A DNA stretch of 39,927 nucleotides from Fibrobacteria bacterium. Lineage in GTDB: Bacteria > Fibrobacterota > Fibrobacteria > UBA11236. The position numbers were made by a program, and so were the translations under genes. The DNA is taken from positions 1-39,927 of the forward strand of contig JAYTHY010000028.1 in the NCBI GenBank assembly GCA_043732185.1. Direction: 5' to 3'. Under the pieces are notes generated by a model, which saw only the letters and a program-made list of their open reading frames with translations, did no database searches and was not told where the DNA came from. Below are positions 34,869 through 39,927 of this stretch, in pieces (position 1 is the first letter of the stretch; every line of letters begins with the position of its first letter).

Positions 34869-36410
34869 ATGCAAATGTTCAAAACATCCTATCGGAAAAT
34901 CATTACTCTCGCCGCAGCACTTACAGCACTGTTTGCGATCACAATAAGCCAAGCCCAAACTCAAACCGGATTCAAATATTGGACGCTGTGTGACACCTGC
35001 GCCAATGCTCCCAAGCTTTTATCGTCCACGGGGCTGTACACCGATATTTTCAGCGTTAAAAAAATGCTTTTGCCCACGGCCTATCACTATGAGGTGAATT
35101 CCCCGCTATGGAGCGATGACGCCAAAAAAATGCGCTGGGTCTTGCTCAAACCAGGCACGACTATCGAGTATTCCGATGCATCAGACTATTATGGTTATCC
35201 GGATGGCGCAGTGTTCATCAAACAGTTTGCCATCGATACCATTACCGGTGTCGCTTCTTCACGTGTACTTTGGGAGACGCGCCTGCTCATCAACCAGAAA
35301 GAAGTTTTGGACTCGGCCCAAAAAACCATGACCGACCATTGGTACGGTTTCAGTTACAAGTGGAATAAAGATCAAAAAGATGCCCAACTTGTTGAAGCCG
35401 ACGACAATGGCATGCGAGACTCCATTCGCATCTGGCCCAACGGCACAGCCAAAGCATCCCGCATGAAAAAATGGGTTTTCCCTTCCGCCTACTTGTGTGC
35501 AAAATGTCATCGCACCGATATGGGTTTCAGCACACCGCCTTTGCATGCGCGCTCCGTGCTTGGATTTTTCACTGCGCAGCTCAACCGTCCTGCTCCTGAT
35601 TCGGCAGGTGTCAATCAACTCGAATATTTATTTGGAAAAGGCGTCCTTACGGGTAGAAAGCCAACTTTCTGGAATGCTGCGAGTGTTCCGCGCTGGTACC
35701 CAATCGATGATGCTTCGGCCCCACTGGACACGCGGGCACGCGCCTACCTTGCCGCGAACTGCTCCGGCTGCCATGGCAAAAGGGGCAATGGGGTGAGTGC
35801 TGCCGAAATGTGCAATTTAAATTTCGATTTTCACACCATGACACCGCAGATGGAATTTCGCCATATGTATGCCAATCCCCGTGGTCTGGATACCTTACTT
35901 CCAAAATATTATTCCAAGAATGACTATGGAAACAATCCCGAACATTTGGATACGATTTTAATCCAGCCCGGCATCGTGGTGCCCGGTTACTCTCAGAAGT
36001 CCTTGGTTATATTTCGTCAATCACAACGAAATGAAACGCCCGGCGAATTCGGTGGCAATTTCAACCAGATGCCTCCCTTGGGTACATTTGAAGTGGATGG
36101 AATGGCCATGGATTCCATTTCAAAGTGGATCAAAACCATGTCTGCAATACCTTGTCCTGAATGTATTACGGGAGTTTTCAATCACCGCCGTCAAATTCAA
36201 TCCGTGGCCCAGTTACAGGGCCGTCGCTTGCTGCTTTCCAAGGCAGACGCTGACAGTAAAGTGTCCATGAGTTCGGTCAATGGCCATAAGGTACTGCTGC
36301 AAAAAACCGGTGTAGGAGAATACACTGTTCCTGGGGATGTTCCTAAAGGACTTTACTTGATCCAAATAGGAAACAGGTCCATGCTTAGGAATTATTTCAA
36401 AGAGGAATAG
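34869..36410 (+). CDS. Secreted diheme cytochrome c with T9SS-like C-terminal domain, paralog B
   Basis: RBS AAGGAG; CAKCH and CSGCH; collinear with paralog A; 3' end overlaps the convergent gene by 19 nt. Confidence 0.82.
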   Translation: MQMFKTSYRKIITLAAALTALFAITISQAQTQTGFKYWTLCDTCANAPKLLSSTGLYTDIFSVKKMLLPTAYHYEVNSPLWSDDAKKMRWVLLKPGTTIEYSDASDYYGYPDGAVFIKQFAIDTITGVASSRVLWETRLLINQKEVLDSAQKTMTDHWYGFSYKWNKDQKDAQLVEADDNGMRDSIRIWPNGTAKASRMKKWVFPSAYLCAKCHRTDMGFSTPPLHARSVLGFFTAQLNRPAPDSAGVNQLEYLFGKGVLTGRKPTFWNAASVPRWYPIDDASAPLDTRARAYLAANCSGCHGKRGNGVSAAEMCNLNFDFHTMTPQMEFRHMYANPRGLDTLLPKYYSKNDYGNNPEHLDTILIQPGIVVPGYSQKSLVIFRQSQRNETPGEFGGNFNQMPPLGTFEVDGMAMDSISKWIKTMSAIPCPECITGVFNHRRQIQSVAQLQGRRLLLSKADADSKVSMSSVNGHKVLLQKTGVGEYTVPGDVPKGLYLIQIGNRSMLRNYFKEE

Positions 36411-37834
36411 AAGACAAACTTTTTTTCGCCAGGCTTCACATTTAGGCCGTCAAAAGATTTTGCCCCTAGTGTTGCGCCTGCAGCATTATGGGCTTCCACC
36501 GAAATAGAATGCACTCCCGGTTGAACAGGGATGCGGGCGATCTGGACTGAGCGTGGTAGCAGAAACCAGTTTCGGGTATCCGCTTGCTCCAACTGATCGG
36601 AAAGCAGATCGGTTCCGATATTCAAAATCAAATTTGCAATGGGATTGCCACCCGAAACCGCCGACTTGGTCTCCTCCGCAGCGAAGGTGCGCAGTACCAC
36701 GCGGATGACGGTACGGGTGAGAATAGAAGCGTGATTGGCGTCGAGATCCTGGGTTAGCAGGGGATAAAGATCGGTGAGGGCTTCCGTACGCACGGGATTG
36801 GGAGATGCCTCTCCTGCTACCGTAAAGAAACGGGTTTGCACGGGAACTTCCTTAATCGATGGCAAGGCAAATTTAACATGGAAGGTTGTTCCCGAGCGTG
36901 TCCGACGTCCTTGTCGTGCACGGTTGATTTGTGACGCTGGGAGTCCAGGGGCAGGCAGAATTTCGGTAACGACCTCTCCTTTGGGGTTGTGATAATGGAT
37001 GACAAGGACACCGTCCCGTTCATACGTGCCCCAAAAGACGGTTTGCCCCAAAGTTGGGCTTCGGCCTGCGTATCCGATGACGATGATTTCAGATCCGGAT
37101 GCATTGCTTTCAACGGCAGAGGCATTTTCCAAACCGAGGTCCTTGATATCATCCTTGCGGTCCACGGATTTTAGTGTGGCCGCAGCTTGATTGGCGACGG
37201 AGGGCGGCAGGGGTATGGATCCATGCTGGTAGGCTTTTACGGATTGATACATGGATATGGCTGCATCGTCCCTTTGTTTCCCAGCCTGATAGAGGATGGC
37301 GGACAAATATCGGAACATACCATCGTCCACGTAGGCTTTTTCGTCCTTGCCTGCTTTGCGTTTGACCTCATCGAGAAAGAGCTGCGCCTGCCGTGCTTCT
37401 ACCATGGCATCATCGAACTTGCCCAATGCCAAATAATCGAAGGCCAGGAATTCATGCAATAGAACTATTTCATAGGGTTTGCCGCGATAGGGCCGGACAT
37501 TGTCATTGACCAAAAAAGAGGCGGCTTCATTGGTGACCGACTTTGCGAAGAGATCGTCGTGGATGCTCACAGCTTCACTCAAGGCTTGAATGCTGGAATC
37601 GTATTTTCCGGAATAATGGTAGAGGACGCCCAGGTCCATTAAATACAGGAGTTTGCTCTCACTGCCGTAGAGCGATTTATTCTTCTTGACCTGCGCAAGG
37701 GCACCGGCGTAATTCTCTTGACTGGCTTCTGCGGCAATCTTCTGGAAACGCAAGAGACTGCGATCCGCGCAGCCTTGCAGTAGCCAAGCGGAGACAGTCA
37801 GCGTAAGAATCCATTTTATACCGGAGGCTGGCAC
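36392..37834 (-). CDS. COG3014-like TPR lipoprotein
   Basis: Lipobox LQGC; LLYLMDLGVLYH, PYRGKPYE, AMVEARQ, EQADTRNWFLLP..IAR; adjacent to the LpoB-like gene. Confidence 0.82.
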   Translation of the reverse strand: MPASGIKWILTLTVSAWLLQGCADRSLLRFQKIAAEASQENYAGALAQVKKNKSLYGSESKLLYLMDLGVLYHYSGKYDSSIQALSEAVSIHDDLFAKSVTNEAASFLVNDNVRPYRGKPYEIVLLHEFLAFDYLALGKFDDAMVEARQAQLFLDEVKRKAGKDEKAYVDDGMFRYLSAILYQAGKQRDDAAISMYQSVKAYQHGSIPLPPSVANQAAATLKSVDRKDDIKDLGLENASAVESNASGSEIIVIGYAGRSPTLGQTVFWGTYERDGVLVIHYHNPKGEVVTEILPAPGLPASQINRARQGRRTRSGTTFHVKFALPSIKEVPVQTRFFTVAGEASPNPVRTEALTDLYPLLTQDLDANHASILTRTVIRVVLRTFAAEETKSAVSGGNPIANLILNIGTDLLSDQLEQADTRNWFLLPRSVQIARIPVQPGVHSISVEAHNAAGATLGAKSFDGLNVKPGEKKFVFYSSLK

Positions 37835-37857
37835 GGAAAGGGAATTACAGATCAGGT

Positions 37858-38457
37858 TTAGAACTTGGTCTCACTGCGTTCGACAAATTTTTTGATTTTC
37901 TTATCGCCGATCCAAAGTTTTTTGTGGGTTTCCATCTGTACCAGTTCGAGGTTGATCTGGTAGAAGACAACGGCCTTGCCGCCTTCTTGATCGACGATAG
38001 AATTGAGTTCGCCGATCATCATCAGCTCAGCTCCCGATTCTTCTCCCGCGTCTTGCCGAGTGCCCGCAGAGGAATGGGTCGATTGATCCTCCTTCTCATC
38101 GCGCAGTTGTCCGCGCTCTGCCTTATTGGCTACGAACTCGACTTTGCCGCTGTTGATAAGGGAACGCTGGATATCGTTGATAAATGTTTCGGTGCTGATA
38201 TGCTCATGGCTTTTGTTGCGGATTTCTCCGACCACGACGGTGGGCGTTTTCTTATCGACCGCATATTTGTTGTACCATCCCCCGCTTAGGGCGTCCTTCA
38301 CCATCTCCTGGGCTACGAGCCGGGAATCGGTGTCATTCCACTTGCCGGATAGGTCAATGGTGGAATCATGCGTGACGCGGGTAACCTTGGTGGAACAGCC
38401 GGTAATCAAAAAAGCAGCCATCACCGTGCGGATTAAATCTGTATGGAATCGGGTCAT
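37858..38457 (-). CDS. lpoB: Penicillin-binding protein activator LpoB-like lipoprotein
   Basis: RBS AGGAGG; lipobox ITGC; DLSGKWNDTDSRLVA, IRNKSHEHI, LWIGDKKIKK. Confidence 0.8.
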   Translation of the reverse strand: MTRFHTDLIRTVMAAFLITGCSTKVTRVTHDSTIDLSGKWNDTDSRLVAQEMVKDALSGGWYNKYAVDKKTPTVVVGEIRNKSHEHISTETFINDIQRSLINSGKVEFVANKAERGQLRDEKEDQSTHSSAGTRQDAGEESGAELMMIGELNSIVDQEGGKAVVFYQINLELVQMETHKKLWIGDKKIKKFVERSETKF

Positions 38458-38530
38458 GGGACCTCCTATGGCGTAAAATTTGAACTAAAAAGGGATTTTC
38501 CCTGCTAATGCGAAAAATATACATTCTAAC

Positions 38531-38640
38531 CGTGGGACAGACCTTAATCGGATGTCGTGTCCCATAGCGGATTAACGCTTCTGATGCGTCGATCCGCTAC
38601 GGGAATCAACAGACCCGGTCATATCGCCTCTGGCGGTGAA
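38531..38640 (+). other. Structured 5' leader candidate
   Basis: Starts just after a TACATT -10-like box (38520-38525); stems TGGGACA/TGTCCCA, TAGCGGAT/ATCCGCTA and ATCGCC/GGCGGT lie before the RBS. Confidence 0.4.
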
Positions 38641-38653
38641 TCAAGGAGATAAA

Positions 38654-39220
38654 ATGCGAAATGGTACTGTATCGACTTTGGCCCTGATGGCAACCTTGTG
38701 TCTTACCCTAGATGCGAATAGCGCTGAATCCAAGGATAAGGTGGAAAGGAAAACGATTACCTTGATCAACGCGGAAGGCAAGGCGGACGGAAGTACGGAA
38801 ATCAGCCGTGAGGCGATAAAGGAATGCATCGTGTCCCTGCCTAAGGTCGAGGCGTTGGAGCCGGAAGTGGTATCGGACTCGCGTTTCTTGAAGGAGATCG
38901 GCGGCGATGCAGCTAAGAATGATTGGGTTAAAATCTTTACGGCGAAGATCACAGTCAATTACATGGTCTACCACAAGGACATGCTGATAGTGGCCACCAA
39001 ATCTGTGGAGGGCAAGGAGCCGACTTTAAGAGAATTGGAAAAGCATTTGCCTAAGTCGCAGGAGTTCCTGTCGAATCCGGCGGATGGGGATACGTTTGCG
39101 GGGCGATCGAATCGGCAATATTATTTTACGAAGTCCGAGGATGCGGTGAAGGATGTGCGCGCGCGGGCTTTGGTTTGGCTGAAGCAGCAGGGGCCTTTGG
39201 TTTGTTCTGACGCTAAATAA
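38654..39220 (+). CDS. Exported hypothetical protein
   Basis: RBS AAGGAG before ATG 38654 (track gives GTG 38636); signal peptide; charged soluble domain with two Cys. Confidence 0.78.
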   Translation: MRNGTVSTLALMATLCLTLDANSAESKDKVERKTITLINAEGKADGSTEISREAIKECIVSLPKVEALEPEVVSDSRFLKEIGGDAAKNDWVKIFTAKITVNYMVYHKDMLIVATKSVEGKEPTLRELEKHLPKSQEFLSNPADGDTFAGRSNRQYYFTKSEDAVKDVRARALVWLKQQGPLVCSDAK

Positions 39221-39226
39221 GTAAGA

Positions 39227-39444
39227 GGGGTCGCTGGGGGTGGGGGGCTGGAAATGTCGCTCTGCCCAGTCGCTTGTCTTTGCTTTGGTTCTGATGGCAT
39301 CCCTGCCCTGGCTGCGAGTCTGCTGCGGGATTCGCAATGCGGAGTTTGCTCCGAGTACCCCGCAGCTGCTCATTCCCGCTTTGTTTAGGGCCGCGCTTGG
39401 TGGGCGGCGCTGATTATTTCCAGCCCCCCACCCCCAGCGACCCC
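39227..39444. repeat. 218-bp MITE/REP-like element with perfect 29-bp terminal inverted repeats
   Basis: GGGGTCGCTGGGGGTGGGGGGCTGGAAAT (39227-39255) is the exact reverse complement of 39416-39444; internal hairpins; no target-site duplication seen. Confidence 0.7.
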
Positions 39445-39510
39445 GTCTCGACTGTGTTGGTATCGGAGAGCTACCGGCACCGGTTGCGTTTAGCGGTTGG
39501 CGGGGGCGAA

Positions 39511-39669
39511 GTGAAGATAGGCGAAGATAAGCGGAGATGAGCGGAGATGCGGAGATGCGGAGGAAGGACGGATATGCGAAGATGGGGATGGCTTTGGAAT
39601 GCGCGTCCCGCTGGGCGGGACGGATGGGCTGTGAGGTGGGTCGCTGGGATGGGATTGGGATGGGATGGA
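39511..39669 (+). repeat. G-rich short tandem repeats and hairpin
   Basis: GCGGAGAT three times plus degenerate copies; CGTCCCGC-TGG-GCGGGACG hairpin (39604-39622); TGGGA-type repeats at 39645-39669. Confidence 0.6.
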
Positions 39670-39678
39670 CTGTGGGGT

Positions 39679-39927
39679 TTAGTATTTGAGTTTGCGGACG
39701 CTTGTTTTTCGGAGGGGGCTGGAGAAGAGTATTCCTACATCTAGTCCTATGCCTCGGTCACCGGCGTCGTTGGCTACGATGTGGAAGGGAACTCTAATGC
39801 GTAGTTGGAGTTCGTCGAGGATGTCGAGCAGCATTCCGACGTGGACAGTACCGGAGGCTCCGATGTCATGTCCGAAATCGGTTCCGGTTTTGTCAAAATA
39901 GCGGAAGCCGCCGCCTGCGCCGACAAA
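39679..39927 (-). CDS. 3' end of a probable outer-membrane beta-barrel protein (partial, not in the ORF track)
   Basis: Open frame from the window edge: FVGAGGGFRYFDK...TVHVGMLLD...QLRIRVPFHIV...GIGLDVGILFSSPLRKTSVRKLKY*; amphipathic strands. Confidence 0.72.
   Translation of the reverse strand, partial: FVGAGGGFRYFDKTGTDFGHDIGASGTVHVGMLLDILDELQLRIRVPFHIVANDAGDRGIGLDVGILFSSPLRKTSVRKLKY

Noticed and set aside
39511..39669. CRISPR array in the terminal repeats
   Set aside because: Units are 5-10 bp with no unique spacers, and there are no cas genes.
39026..39901. Track ORFs 39026..39373, 39337..39540, 39547..39744 and 39686..39901
   Set aside because: They are translations of the repeat element or antisense shadows of real genes.

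Overview
Gene-dense bacterial window, most likely Fibrobacterota, judged from a TIGR02147/DUF4423 gene and several proteins with T9SS-like C-terminal tails. No rRNA, tRNA, CRISPR array or transposase was seen. From left to right it holds: (1) a translationally coupled hypothetical / lipoprotein / class-3 lipase triad resembling an effector-immunity module; (2) three DUF1080 (3-keto-glycoside-processing family) domains, one on an Ig-repeat lipoprotein stalk and two in secreted tandem paralogs, plus a fused membrane/spermidine-synthase-like gene; (3) four paralogs of an outer-membrane beta-barrel family I cannot name, bracketing a CUT1 sugar ABC operon with two ATPases and a 50-aa membrane ORF missing from the ORF track; (4) a secreted ThuA-like protein and a HupE/UreJ-like protein; (5) a cytochrome cluster with two secreted diheme c paralogs and an operon of lipoprotein cytochrome c, Cyc2-like cytochrome-porin and periplasmic cytochrome c; (6) a TIGR02147 + lipoprotein cassette bracketed by two CGTTC-N9-GAACG palindromes; (7) COG3014/LpoB-like lipoproteins, a structured 5' leader and a 218-bp element with 29-bp terminal inverted repeats. 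The best candidate for an undescribed system is a SusC/D-independent, oxidative (3-keto) glycan-foraging locus with its own porins and a trans-outer-membrane electron conduit. This is inference. All family assignments come from motif recognition, not database searches.
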